Shown: piece by piece, positions 13,277 through 26,262 of the stretch
How the letters are laid out: every line of letters begins with the position of its first letter
How positions within the stretch are numbered: position 1 is the stretch's first letter
NCBI RefSeq assembly: GCF_044704955.1
Contig: NC_091995.1
Span: 1,922,001-1,986,000, forward strand
Reading direction: 5' to 3'
DNA from: Pristiophorus japonicus
Lineage: Eukaryota
Length of the DNA: 64,000 nucleotides
The notes under the pieces: model-generated
The model's input: the letters and a program-made list of their open reading frames with translations, nothing else
Told to the model about the DNA's origin: nothing
Database searches by the model: none
Position numbers and translations under genes: made by a program

Positions 13277-14040
13277 GGCCTGGAAATCCTGGCCTCCCCA
13301 GGTCTGTAAGGAGTGTCTACGGACCCAGGAAGATATTGGAAAAGCCAGTTTTCGGCACACAATGCGCATGCGCTAAAAAACGGCTTTTCCGATTTGTGAA
13401 GCTGGAGCTTGACAAATTGTCCATATCTCGGGTGTGAGGACATTTGCTTGGGCAAGATTGTGGCATTTACCCATATCTTGCCCAGCAAACGTCTTCAAAA
13501 TTCTTGCGCCTGATAAAAGCAGGGTCGTCGCCTACTGTTACAGGCATAAGAGTTTAAAAACATACCAAAATATAATTAAATTAACTTTAAAAAACATATT
13601 TTATTTTAAAAAAAACCTGCCCACTACGTTACATTTATTTTCAACCAGAATTTTAAAAACTTTTAAAAAACTCGGAATTTTTTTTCTATTAGATATTTAT
13701 TAACTTTAATTTTAATTATGTGGTATGTTTTTATTTTTTATTATATGTGTGTAGTGTCTTTGATTTTTTTCTCATTAATACCAATGAGAACTGGTAGATA
13801 CGGAGTTATTGCTATTAATGAGAAAGCTCTGAAATACTGTACCTGATTGGCTGAGCACTCACACATGACTGCACCTTCTCCATGGGAGCCTCGAGGACGG
13901 GAGCGCGCTTTGCAGCACGGGAAGAGAAGGCCTCCTCACCGGAATCCCACGCTTCTCCAGGACCACCAGGTAACTTCTTAGAAATGTTTCAGGAAATAGG
14001 CAAATGCCCGCGGGAAGCCTCCGACCCCAATTTCAGCCCC
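13277..14040. mobile_element. MITE-like insertion (Harbinger-like) within CR1
   Basis: Splits CR1 at gcaaattat|atttaaatgga; imperfect TIRs GGCCTGGAAAT ... ATTTCAGCCCC; AT-rich core. Confidence 0.55.
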
Positions 14041-14172
14041 AAAATTTAAATGGAGGGAAATTACAAAATGCTGTAGTGGAGAATGACCTGGGGGTCCTTG
14101 TGCATGAAATACGAAATGTTAGTTGCTGGTACGGCAAGTGATCAGGAAGGCAAATGGAATGTTGGCCTTTAT

Positions 14173-15660
14173 AGACTCCATTGACTCTGGATCAGTTCCT
14201 ATGGAGTGGAGGGTAGCCAATGTAACCCCACTTTTTAAGAGAGAAAACAGGGAATTATAGACCGGTCAGCCTGACATCAGTAGTGGGTAAAATGATTAAG
14301 GATGTCATAGCAGCGCATTTGGAAAGAGATGACATGATAGGTCCAAGTCAGCATGGATTTTTGAAAGGGAAATCATGCTTGACAAATCTTCTGGAATTTT
14401 GTGAGGATGTTTCCAGTAGAGTGGACAAGGGAGAAGGAGTTCGTGTGGTGTATTTGGACTTTCAGAAGGCCTTCGTCAAGGTCCCACACAAGCGATTAAT
14501 GTGCAAAGTTAAAGCACATGGGATTGGGGGAAGTGTGCTGACGTGGATTGAGAACTGGTTGGCAGACAGGAAACAAAGAGTAGGAGTAAATGGGTACTTT
14601 TCAGAATGGCAGGCAGTGACTAGTGGGGTACCGCAAGGTTCTGTGCTGCGGCCCCAGCTGTTTACACTGTACATTAATGATTTAGACAAGGGGATTAAAT
14701 GTAGTATCTCCAAATTTGCGGATGACACTAAGTTGGGTGGCAGTGTGAGCTGCGAGGAGGATGCTATGAGGTTGCAGAGTGACTTGGATAGGTTAGGTGA
14801 GTGGGCAAATGCATGGCAGATGAAGTATAATGTGGATAAATGTGAGGTTATCCATTTTGGTGGTAAAAACAGAGAGACAGACTATTATCTGAATGGTGAC
14901 AGATTAGGAAAAGGGGAGGTGCTACGAGACCTGGGTGTCATGGTACATCAGTCATTGAAGGTTGGCATGCAGGTACAGCAGGTGGTTAAGAAAGCAAATG
15001 GCATGTTGGCCTTCATAGCGAGGGGATTTGAGTACAGGGGCAGGGAGGTGTTACTACAGTTGTACAGGGCCTTGGTGAGGCCACACCTGGAGTATTGTGT
15101 ACAGTTTTGGTCTCCTAACTTGAGGAAGCACATTCTTGCTCTTGAGGGAGTGCAGCGAAGATTCACCAGACTGATTCCCGGGATGGCGGGACTGACATAT
15201 CAAGAAAGACTGGATCAACTGGGCTTGTATTCACTGGAGTTCAGAAGAATGAGAGGGCATCTCATGGAAACGTTTGAAATTCTGATGGGTTTAGACAGGT
15301 TAGATGCAGGAAGAATGTTCCCAATGTTGGGGAAGTCCAGAACCAGGGGTCGCAGTCTAATAATAAGGGGTAAGCCATTTAGGACCGAGATGAGGAGAAA
15401 CTTCTTCACCCAGAGAGTGGTGAACCTGTGGAATTCTCTACCACAGAAAGTTGTTGAGGCCAATTCACTAAATATATTCAAAAAGGAGTTAGATATAGTC
15501 CTTACTACTAGGGGGATCAAGGGGTATGGCGAGAAAGCAGTAATGGGGTACTGAAGTTGCATGTTCAGCCATGAACTCATTGAATGGTGGTGCAGGCTCG
15601 AAGGGCCGAATGGCCAACTCCTGCACCTATTTTCTATGTTTCTATGTTCTATGTTTCTAT
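14173..15660 (+). mobile_element. Young 5'-truncated CR1 LINE (second subfamily) with open RT ORF 14283-15554
   Basis: 423-aa uninterrupted RT and C-terminus; (TTCTATGT)n tail; inserted into the host CR1 at gccttta|ttgcaagg. Confidence 0.92.
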
Positions 15661-15774
15661 TGCAAGGCCAATGGAGTATAAAAGCAGAGAAGTCCTGCTG
15701 CAACTGTACAGGGTATTGGTGAGGCCACACCTAGGGTACAGCGTTCAGTTTTGATCTCCATATTTAAGGAAGGA

Positions 15775-16282
15775 TCATCATCATCATAGGCCGTCCCTCA
15801 GAATCAAGGAAGACTTGCTTCCACTCTAAAAATGAGTCCTTAGGTGACTGAACATTCCAATACGAGAACCACAGATCCTGTCACAGGTGGGACAGATAGT
15901 CATTGAAGGAAAGGATGGGTGGGACTGGTTTTCCGCACGCTCCAGCCACTGCCTGTGCTTGGTTTCTGTATGCTCTCGGCGACGAGACTCGAGGTGCTCA
16001 GCGCCCTCCTGGATGCACTTCCTCCACTCAAGGTGCTTTTTGGCCAGGGATTCTCGGGTGTCAGTGGGGATGTTGCACTTTATCAAGGAGGCTTTGAGGG
16101 TGTCCTTGAAACGTTTCCTCTGCCCACCTTTGGCTCGTTTGCCGTGAAGGAGTTTCGAGTAGAGCGTTTGCTTTGGGCGTGTCGTGTCAGGCATGTGAAC
16201 AATGTGGCCTGCTCAGCGGAGCTGATCGAGTGTGGTCAGTGCTTCAACGCTGGGATTGTTGGCCTGGTCGAGGACGCCAACA
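15775..16282 (-). mobile_element. RTE-clade LINE 3' fragment
   Basis: ORF 15826-16194 (MPDT.RPKQ.LYS..., CPTCDR..SRIG..SHLRTH); (GAT)n tail. Confidence 0.88.
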
Positions 16283-17167
16283 TGATTTACTTGCATTGGA
16301 GGCTGTTCAGAGAAGGTTCACTAGGTTGATTCTGGAGATGAGAGGGTTTACTTATGAAGATAGGTTGAGTAGGTTGGGCCTATACTCATTGGAGTTCAGA
16401 AGAATGAGAGGTGATCTTATTGAAACTTTTAAGATAATGAGTGGGCTCGACAAGAAGGGTACAGAGAGAATGTTTCCACTCAAGGCAATCTAGAACTAGG
16501 GGGACATGGTCTCAGAATAAGTGACCACCCATTTAAAACGGAGATGAGGAGGAATTTCTTCTCTCAGAAGATTGTAAATCTGTGGAAGTCTCTGCCCTCG
16601 AGAGCTGTGGAGGCTGGGTCATTGAATATTTAAGATGGAGGTAGACACATTTTTGAGCGATAATGTAGTAAAGTGATATGGAGTATGACAAAGACAATCA
16701 ACACTGGCCTGTTGTGGAGAAAAGAATTGTTTGATTGCTTGCTCAAGGTAGACACGGTCTACACCAGTTCCTTAACTGGATGTCTTCCCAACCATTCTCC
16801 TCGAACACTTCAGGAGCTGCTTCTTTTAACCAGAATTCTTTGCAAAGTCATGATTTACATTATCATTGTTCAGTCTTTCTACCGCGTGACAATTTTTTCG
16901 CTTTGTTACAGATTGTTTCAACATCTTACTTGGGTATAAATATATTTATCCTACAGCCGTGCTCCTGCCAATAACAGGAACTTACACCAAAAACTTAGGG
17001 CCATTGTTCTGAAAAAATGCGTCCTGTGGTTAGGCTGCACATGATAATTTGCCATATCAGCTTATTTTTTGCCTGGCCAGCATAAAGCGTTTTTAACTCT
17101 TTAATCACCCCTTCAATCTCTCCTTTGGTCATATGGTTATTCTATTATCCCACTCTGACCAATCTTT

Positions 17168-19150
17168 TTACCTTACTAGACTCGTGTGTCTCCAGCCCCG
17201 ATTTTGTTGATCAGGTGATAGGATTGGGACACTCACAACTCGTATCAGGTATTCATGTTGATTTGGTTCATCTCCCCTGTTACTTACTTTCAGCAAAGGC
17301 TTCCTTTCGGATTTCTGAGCGGCTTTTACCAGCGCTTTCATCCTTCTCCTCCTACATCTAAAGCACCATTCAAACACTATCACTAATACATTAGATATAA
17401 TTCTTATCCAAATGAACATTAAATCCAAAATTCCATTGGCCAGCACTTTGTTTGCGTCCTTTTTCAGCTTCACAATCTTTTTCATCAGGATGATGTATTT
17501 TGTCGTTGCTCATTGACACTCTTCTCCAACGCTGTCTGTTCCTCACTTAGTTTGAGAATGGGTTTTCCCTGAGGCTCTTCGAAGCCCTCGTACCCTGCCT
17601 GTGTAGTGTCTACCACCATTCCACTGATAGTTTCTTCTTTTAATTCTGGGTATATAATATGTCCCTGAATATTAACCACTTCTCTGGTCGTAAAGCAAAA
17701 GTCGGGGGTAGTGATGGGGCAGTGAGTTACTCCTCCCACAGTCATGTTAGTGGCTGTGGTGCTGACACACCATTGCCTGTTACTTCGTGGTGCTGCTGTT
17801 GTCTCGAAATCCAGCATCAGCGGTGTTATGTTCAGGACGCATCCTTCTGTGTGTCTGTATCCACAGTCAGCTTGATCAAATTTGTGATGTTCTCAGCACA
17901 AAACAACCTGGTTATTCTTATAACAATCTTTAACGCACGCACCCTTGGTATCATCTCCCTTCTTAATAATGTTATGGTGCAGTTTGTGGTCTCTGACCTG
18001 TGTTTGGTTTCTTATTTCTCCTATATTGTCAACTTTATACAGGAGGTTTCCCTTGGCCACATCATATTGTGGTATTGACAGTACAAATCCGATTATATTC
18101 TGATGACCAGTTACACATTTCGTTTTAGGAACCCATGCATGGCTATTTCACCTGATTTCACCGGCATCTGTTTCCCTTTTTCTCAAGGTCCATTCCCTGA
18201 ATACATCATTGGTTATCCAATCTGGGACCTCCCCATTTTGTAGCTGTTCTAAGTTATGTTCTAGTGTGCTTATCATCCATGCTCCATACCCGGCGCATAC
18301 CGCGTCATTTCGACCGCTTTCGCTATTTTACTTTTTGGTTTGCATTTATTAAGTTAATTGTCTTGGCATGATCCCTTAGTATGTGGGCCGCTTGTAACAA
18401 TTCTCGTTCGGCCCCATCTCCCGATTGGGCCTGCATTTTCTCACTATCATTTCTCCTCTCCAGCAACCCTCTTAGGGTTTGGGTGAGTTGGTCAACCTGC
18501 TCTTCTACCATCTGGAGATCTATAGTGTTTACCGTGGCTACACCTGCCACATATCCCACACCCCCATCATTTCTAATATCCCCCTTTTTCGTCTAATCTT
18601 CCCTTTTAATGTAATAAACCACAGGGTCTTAGACTCGAGTCCATCGAAGGCCTGCAGTGTCAGATTTTTATACATGCTTATTGTTTTTGACCCGCAGGAA
18701 CTGGGGATCGTTAGATCGGTCAGATTTAGAAATATCGTGATTATCTTCTGGCATATTCCAAAGTGTATCTTTTCCTTCATGTATTTCATTACTAACCCCC
18801 CTTTGGCCCACTTTGTTATGTGAGGGCACCTTGGAGTTCTCCTCATACACAGAAACATCGCTCCCTCTCCTGTATGATTGTCACAACTTGTACTTCCCTC
18901 TGGGGCAGGTAATGGGCTACTAGTTTCTTCCTTGTCCTTGTAGAATTATAAGGGTGGTGGTGATCACGTTTATATGCATTCTGTTGATAAAATACATCCT
19001 GGATATTCCAGGCTTTTAGTTAGATTCTTACCATTTCTACTTACCGGAATGTTTGCACCATTTCTCTGACCTTACCCATGTCCATTTTATTATGGCAAGT
19101 ACTCCAGTATTGAAAATATTAAACCTAGTCCCCAGAAAAGTCCATCTAAT
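17168..19150 (-). pseudogene. Envelope / class I fusion glycoprotein pseudogene
   Basis: RRKR furin site (18583-18594), fusion peptide GILEMMG/VGYVAGVATVNTIDL, heptad repeat, Cys-rich ectodomain with NxT sequons, hydrophobic TM (ILDLMFIWIRIISNVLVIVF); several frameshifts and TGA stops; 5' boundary approximate. Confidence 0.78.
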
Positions 19151-19168
19151 AATGCATCCCTCCACTCC

Positions 19169-19618
19169 TTATTCTTTCAGCTGGGACCAATCTTTCCATC
19201 GGCCCCCAATTTTCATATTTACGCCTGCACACGTGTCTCCGCTAATCAGTCCACTCTGTCGAGAGGCGAATCCAGATTTTTCTGTTAACACCCGAACCAT
19301 TACCCTTGCCCCACCTCGGGTACTACCGCCAGGGGTTTTGTTCCTTTATCCTCATCTTCCTCTTCCTGCTTATCTCACACATCTTGTCACTTACCTTTCA
19401 ACTGCCTACTCAGTTCCATCACATACTTCCTAATTCTATTGCGTAAAGGTCCCAACGTTACTTCTCCTGTAACTATTTCCTCAGGGAGTTTTATTGCTTG
19501 TCCAGTTATTAGTTAGTAAAGGGTGAGTTCTGTTGTGTGGTTCGGTGTAGCACACAGTCTCATCAATATGGTGGTCAGGAGTTCCGGCCTGGATTGCTTT
19601 ACTCAGGGAGGTTTTACC
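19169..19618 (-). pseudogene. Retroviral-type integrase C-terminus
   Basis: LLTTILMRLCATPNHTTELTLY*LITG ... VPEVG.RVMVRVLTEKSGFASRQSG ... GRWKDWSQLKE* (TPxxxTxLTPYELxxG, GPY/F-like and WxHxSQLK-like motifs), with stops and frameshifts. Confidence 0.75.
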
Positions 19619-19775
19619 TGCGCTTTTTTTCTGCATGCTCTCGGCGACAAGACTCGAGGTGCTCAGCGCCCTCCCGGATGCTCTTTCTCAACTTAGGGCA
19701 GTCTTTGGCCAGGGACTCGCAGGTACCAGTGGGGATGTTGCATTTTATCAAGGAGGCTTTGAGGGTATCCTTGAA
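19619..19775 (-). mobile_element. RTE LINE fragment
   Basis: Same sequence family as 15775-16282. Confidence 0.8.
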
Positions 19776-19778
19776 AAA

Positions 19779-20600
19779 CATCTGTGGAGAGGAAGCAGAG
19801 TTAATGTTTCGGGTCCAATCTGACCAAGGGTCATTGACCCGAAATGTTAACTCTGCTTCCTCTCCACAGATGCTGACTGACCTGCTAAGAATTCCAGCAT
19901 TTTCTGGTTTTTATTAGAGATGTGACAGGTTTTAACCAACTGCAAGGGTAGGGAAAGGTGGAGAGGGGTGCGGTGGGGGGAGGAATGCACAAAAGGGATG
20001 GTCTGTGATAGGGTGGAAAGCAGGAGTGATGAAATAATATGACGTATGATTGTACAAAGCAAAAGGAGATGGTAATGGAACAAGTAAAGAAAGAAAAGAT
20101 AGGTCTAGAAGAGATGTATCTGGGAATGGCAGAATAATCAATAGCTGCCATCCGAAAAAAATAGGGCAGAGGTTATGGAATGAAATAGTTGATCTCGATG
20201 TTGAGTCCAGAAGTATGTAAAACATGAGCTGCTGTTCCCTGCGCTTGCGGTGAGCTTCATTCGAAGAGTGTAAGAGGCCGAGGACCGAGAGGTCAGAGTG
20301 GGAGTGGAGCGGAGAATTAAAGTGATATGTGACCGGAAGCTCGGGGTCACACTTACGGACTGAACGGAGTTGTTCCACAAAGCAGTCACCCAATCTGCGT
20401 TTGGTCTGCTCAATGTAGAGGATGTTTGGGGCCCTGGACGGTGGGAAGGGAGGCGGTAAAAGGGCATGTGTTACATCTCCTGCACTTGCACGGGAAGATG
20501 CCGTGGAAAGGGGAGGGGGTGCTGGGGATGATAGAGGAAACCAGGATGTCGCGGAAGGAGCGATCCCTTCGGAAAGCTGCTGTCTTCGAGAAGGGGGTCC
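19779..20600 (-). mobile_element. Penelope-like element 3' part (GIY-YIG endonuclease) with inverted terminal segment
   Basis: AFRRDRSFRDILV..GIFPCKCRRCNTCPF and EQLRSVRK..PVTYHFNS..LSVLGL match the PLE endonuclease region; 37-bp inverted repeat 19779-19815 / 19836-19872. Confidence 0.8.
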
Positions 20601-21097
20601 ACATTGGAAAGGCTGCTTTTATTGCCCATCTCTAATTCAAATTCCAGTGTTTATCACCCATTCCATGGAGAAGTGCTTCCTATCATCCACCCTGAACCTG
20701 GCTTTTACTAGTTTATATCTCTGGCTCCTTGTCCCACATCGTGATTTACATTTACACAGTGATCTGTAATAATGCTTTTGTATTCCACATGTTGTACGGC
20801 AATGGTCGGCAAATCGATCGAGCTCAGTTACATGCTTTATTTGAAGGTTCTCGGTAGAAGGTTTGCAATCATGGCTGGGGACAGGTGAACAACAAAAGTG
20901 AGAGAATAATTCCAAACAGTGTTACCTGTTTGTGGGAGGGATCAGAATACAGTGGCTGTTTCAAGCTCATGGCGAAGAGGGAAACTGAAGTGTCTGATAT
21001 TAGCTTACATGTACGCTAATGACAGCCAACTCTACCTCACCACCACCTCTCTCGATTCCTCCACAGTCTCTGAATTGTCATGTTGTTGTTGGACATC

Positions 21098-23612
21098 CAT
21101 AGAAACATAGAAAGTAGGTGCAGGAGTAGGCCATTCGCACTTCGAGCCTGCTCCACCATTCAATAAGATCATGGCTGATCATTCACCTCAGGACCCCTTT
21201 CCTGCTTTCTCTCCATACCCCTTAATTCCTTTAGTCGTAAGGGCATTATCTAACTCCCTCTTGAATATATCCAATGAACTGGCATCAACAACTCTCTGTG
21301 GCAGGAAATTCCACAGGTTAACAACTCTCTGAGTGAAGAAGTTTCTCCTCATCTAAGTCCGAAATGGCTTATCCCTTATCCTAAGACTGTGACCCCTGGT
21401 TCTGGACTTCCCCAACATCGGGAACATTCTTCCTGCATCTAACCTGTCCAGTCCCGTCAGAATTTTATGTGTGTCTATGAGATCCCCTCTCATCCTTCTA
21501 AACTGCAGTGAATAAATGCCCAGTCGATCCATTCTCTCCTCATATGTCAGTCCTGCCATCCCGGGAATCATTCTGGTGAAGCTTCGCTGCACTCTCTCAG
21601 TAGCAAGAACGTCCTTCCTCAGATTAGGAGACCAAAACTGAACACAATGTTCCAGGTGAGGCCTCATCAACTGCAGTAAGACCTCCCTGCTCAAATCCCC
21701 AAGCTATGAAGGCCAGCATACCACTTGCCTTCTTCACTGCCTGCTCGACCTGCATGCCTACTTTCAATGACTGATGTACCATGGCACCCAGGTCTCGTTG
21801 CACCTCCCCTTTTCCTAATCTGCTGCCATTCAGATAATATTCTGCTTTCATGTTTTTGCCACCAAAGTGGATAACCTCACATTTATCCACATTATACTGC
21901 ATCTGCCATGCATTTGCCCACTCACCTAACGTGTCCAAGGCACTCTGCAGCCTCTTAGCATCCTCCTCACAGCTCACACTGCCACCCAGCTTAGTGTCAT
22001 CTACAAACTTGGAGATATTACATTCAATTCCTTCATCAAAATCACTAATGTATATTGTAAATAGCTGGGGTCCCAGCACTGAGCCCTGCAGCACCCCACT
22101 AGTCACTGCCTGCCATTCTGAAAACGACCCATTTATCCCAAATCTCTGCTTCCTGTCTGCCAACCAGTTCTCTATCCACGTCAGTACATTACCCCCAATA
22201 CCATTTGTTTTAATTTTGCACACCAATCTCTTGTGTGGGTCCTTGTCAAAAGCCTTTTGAAAGTCCAAATACACCACATCCACTGCATCTCCCTTGTCCA
22301 CTCTACTCGTTACATCCTCAAAAAATTCGAGAAGATTTCTCAAGCACGATTTCTCTTTCATAAATCCATACTGACTTGGACCGATCCTGTCACTGCATTC
22401 CAAATGCGCTGTTATTTCATCTTTAACAATTGATTCCAACATTTTCCCCACAACTGATGTCAGGCTAACCGGTCTATAATTACCCGTTTTCTCTCTCCCT
22501 CCTTTTTAAAAAAGTGATGTTACATTAGCTATCCTCCAGTCCATAGGAACTGATCCAGAGTCGATAGACTGTTGAAAATGATCACCAATGCATCCACTAT
22601 TTCTAGGGCCACATCCTTAAATACTCTGGGATGCAGACTATCAGGCTCCGGGGATTTATCGGCCTTCAATCCAATCAATTTCCCGAACACAATTTCCGCC
22701 TCATAAGGATATCCTTCAGTTCCTCCTTCTCACTAGCCCCTCGGTCCCCTAGTACTTCTGGAAGGTTATTTGTTTCTTCCTTTGTGAAGACAGATCCAAA
22801 GTATTTGTTCAACTGGTCTGACATTTCTTTGTTCCCCATTATAAATTCGCCTCAGTCTGACTGCAAGGGACTTACATTTGTCTTCACTAATCTTTTTCTC
22901 TTCATATATCTATACAAGCGTTTGCAGTCAGTTTTTATATTCCCAGCAAGCTTCCTCGCATACTCTATTTTCCCCCTCCTAATTAAACCCTTTGTACTCC
23001 TCTGCTGAATTATAAATTTCTCCCAGTCCTCAGGTTTGCTGCTTTTTCTAGCCAATTCCTTGGATTTAACACTATCCTTAATTTCCCTTGGTAGCCACAG
23101 TTGAGCCACCTTCCCCGTTTTATTTTATACTCCAGACAGGGATGTACAATTGTTGAAGTTCATCCTTGTGATCTTTAAATGTTTGCCATTGCCTATCCAC
23201 CATCAACCCCTTAAGTATCATTTGCCAGTCTATTCTAGCCAATTCAGGTCTCATACCATCGAAGTTACCTTTCCTTAAGTTCAGGACCCTAGTCTCTGAA
23301 TGAACTGCGTCACTTTACATCTTAATAAAGAATTCTACCATATTATGGTCACTCTTCCCCAAGGGGCCTCGCACAACAAGATTGCTAATTAGTCCTTTCT
23401 CATTACACATCACCCAGTCTAGGATGGCCAACCCTCTATTTAGTTCCTCGACATATTGGTCCAGAAAACCAACCCTAATACACTCCGGGAAATCTTCCTC
23501 CATCGTGTTGCTACCAGTTTGGTTAGATCAATCTATATGTAGATTAAAGTCGCCCATGACAACTGCTGTACCTTTATTGTATGCATTCCTAATTTCTTGT
23601 TTGATGCTGTCA
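21098..23612 (-). mobile_element. CR1 LINE ORF2 (endonuclease end, RT, 3' tail), inserted in an L2 remnant
   Basis: ORFs 21353-22451, 22852-23109, 23315-23503 (GKSDHN); (TTCTATG)n tail. Confidence 0.9.
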
Positions 23613-24010
23613 AGATGAGCAATAATTTTCACCAATTCATCATTGGGAAGACTGAAGCTGATGTTTCTGGTCCATGCTACAAACTCCGTTCCCTATCATT
23701 GACTCCAACCCTCTCCCTAATATCTTTCCGACACCGAACCAGACCGTTTACAATGTTGGTGTGATATTTGACCCTGAAATGAGCTTCCCACCACATATCT
23801 ACAGCATAACTAAGACCGCCTATTTGCATCATTCTAACATGCCTCCATTGCTGAAGCACTCATCCATGCCATTGTTCGGTCCAGGCTTGACTATTCCAAC
23901 GCACTTCTGGTTGGCATCAACATTCTTTGCTTAATAAACTAGAATTGATCAAAACTCGGCTACCCAAGTCCTAAATCATACCAAGTCCCGCTCACCCATC
24001 ACCCTGGAGC
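23613..24010 (+). mobile_element. L2-type LINE remnant (continues from about 21005-21097)
   Basis: YAND.QLY before the CR1 insertion; NVGVIFDPEMSF and related L2 RT C-terminal motifs after it. Confidence 0.6.
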
Positions 24011-24650
24011 TCACCATTGACCAGGACCTTAAATGGACCAGTCACATAAATACTGTGGCAACAAGAGCAGATCAGAGGCTGGGTTCTGCGGCGCGTGTCT
24101 CACCTCCTGAATCCTCAATGCCTTTCCACCATCTACAAGGTACAAATCAGGAATACTCTCCACTTATCTGGATGAGTGCAGCTCCAACAACACTCAAGAA
24201 TCTCAACAGCATGCAGGACAAAGCAGCCCACTTGATTGACATCCCATCCACTGCTTTCAACATCCACTCTCTCCACCACCGGTGCACTGTGGCTGCAATG
24301 TGTACCATCTATAAGATGCACTGCAGCAACTCATCAAAGGCTTCATCGGCAGCACCTCCAAAACCAGCGACCTCGACCACCTAGAAGGTCAAAGTCAGCA
24401 GGCGCATGGGAACACCACCACCTGCAAGTTCCCCTCCAAGTTACACACCATCCTGACTTGGAAATATATCGGCCATTCCTGCATCGTGGCTCGGTCCAAA
24501 AATCCTGGAATTCACTCCCTAACAGCACTGTGGGAGCACCTTCACCACACGGACTGCAGCGGTTCAAGAAGACCGGCTCAACATTATCTTCTCAAGGGTA
24601 ATTATAATGGGCAATAAATGCTGTCTTGCCAGTGATGCCCACATCCTGGA
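24011..24650 (+). mobile_element. CR1/L2-group LINE 3' fragment
   Basis: EYSPLIWMSAAPTTL, HSLHHRCTVAAMC, SWNSLPN motifs; the same family occurs inverted at about 40110-40580. Confidence 0.6.
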
Positions 24651-26262
24651 AAGAGGAAAAAAAACCTGTGCTCGCTGACCAAATTGGCTCCTAGTTAAGC
24701 AAATCCTCAATATCAAAATTCTCCTTATTTTCAAATGCCTCCATGGCCTCGCCCCTCCATGGGGCAGAATTTGGTCAAGGCCTCTGCCCGGCCAAGTGAT
24801 GGCCAACATTCCGCCGATGGCCGCCGAGGTACCGGACGGTATTTTGCGTGGGATTTTCATCATCGAGGTCCCTCGAAGGTCGGCGGGTAGCAATAGGACG
24901 ACGTACTCCACCAATCTGAGCGGCAGCAGGCGGGAGGTCTCATTCTCGGCGGCAGAGGCGCTTGCTGCCCAAGTGTCACCGAGGGTGGAGTCGGGCCCAC
25001 GGAGGGTCGAAGAGATAAATATAAAAATCATCAACAAACAAAAAAAGAGCAACATCTGAGGACCTTCAGGAGACCCCATCCAGGTGAGTACCTGTAAAGA
25101 AATGATTTAAAACCATTTTTTACAGGATCTTGACACTCATCGTTCAGGATAGAGCAGCCTCAACGCAGCGGTCCACCTCCGACTCCCGACCGCACCAAAT
25201 CTGGCATCTCAGCGTGCGGGAGTCTACTTACATGTAACAACCATCCGCTGACGTCAGCGGCCGCTTGCTGGCGGCTCTCCCCTCCCGCCCGCTCCAGGCC
25301 ACTGGCACTGGGCGGTTCGAGCAGAGGAATTTTGGCGGCAGTGGGCGGCAGTCGTCGGCAGTGGGCGGTGAGTTCATCAATATCGGCTCCCCCTGCTCTA
25401 AGGGGATGGTAGCCTAGCGGTTGTGTTACTGGACTGCTAATCCCGATGCCTGGTTTAATGAACCAGAAAAGATGTGAGTTCCAATCCTGCAATGGCAACT
25501 GTGAAATTCAAATTTCGGTTAATTAGATAAATTTGGAATTAAAAAGCTCGTATTAGTAATGGTGAGCATGAAATTACAAAATTGTTGTAAAAACCCATCT
25601 GGTTCACCAATCTCTGTGAGGGAAGGAAACCTGCTGTCCTCACCCGGTCTGGCCTGTATGTGACTCTGGACTCTTAACTGTCATCTGAAATCACACAGCA
25701 AGCCGTTCAATGGCACTTAGAGATGGAGAGTAAATGCTGGACTTGCCAGCAATACCCACATCCCATGAACGAATTGAAATAAAATATCTCCTGCAGCAGC
25801 ACCCCCACCCTGCCGTGTTGTTCTTCTGCTTTCCTCTGGAGCATCCCAGATTATATTCGCTCAATCATTGGTGGCCGTGCCTTATGTTGCTCTGGAATTC
25901 TCTGCCTCTCTATCCTTCTTTCAGACGCACCTGAAAATCCACTTCTTCCACTAACTATGGCGTCACCTGCTCTACTTTCTCCTTATGTGGCTCGGTATTA
26001 AATGTTTTCTCTTATAATACTACTGTGAAGAGCCTTGGGATAACTCACTACATTAAAGGTGCTATATAAATACAAGTAGTTGTGGTACAGCACACAAGGT
26101 GATGTATCTGATATTTGCATACATGTACAGGTGGTGAATGTGGAGTTCTTAATTGGGGAACTAACATCATTCAAGTTTAAAATTGAACCAATTCCAAGTG
26201 TGGTAAATGTGTTGCACCCTTTGTGCTAGAGAATCTGGGCCAAGGGGGAGACTAACCTATTA

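Larger units (their letters stand above)
11911..16680 (+). mobile_element. CR1 LINE ORF2 (degenerate), host to three nested insertions
   Basis: ORFs 12051-13263 give CR1 ORF2/RT (KSPGP, QHGF, YLDFQKA, PQGSVLGP, FADE); resumes at 14041-14172, 15661-15774 and 16283-16680. Confidence 0.88.
16710..19618 (-). mobile_element. Endogenous retrovirus-like element, 3' part: integrase C-terminus, env, putative 3' LTR
   Basis: Hand translation gives an integrase C-terminus, then an env with a furin site and TM segment, a purine tract (AAAGGAGAGA) at about 17117-17126 and a TG-starting putative LTR 17115 to about 16710. Confidence 0.75.

Noticed and set aside
14283-15554. 423-aa RT ORF as a domesticated host gene
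   Set aside because: 5'-truncated young CR1 copy with its tail intact, nested in another CR1.
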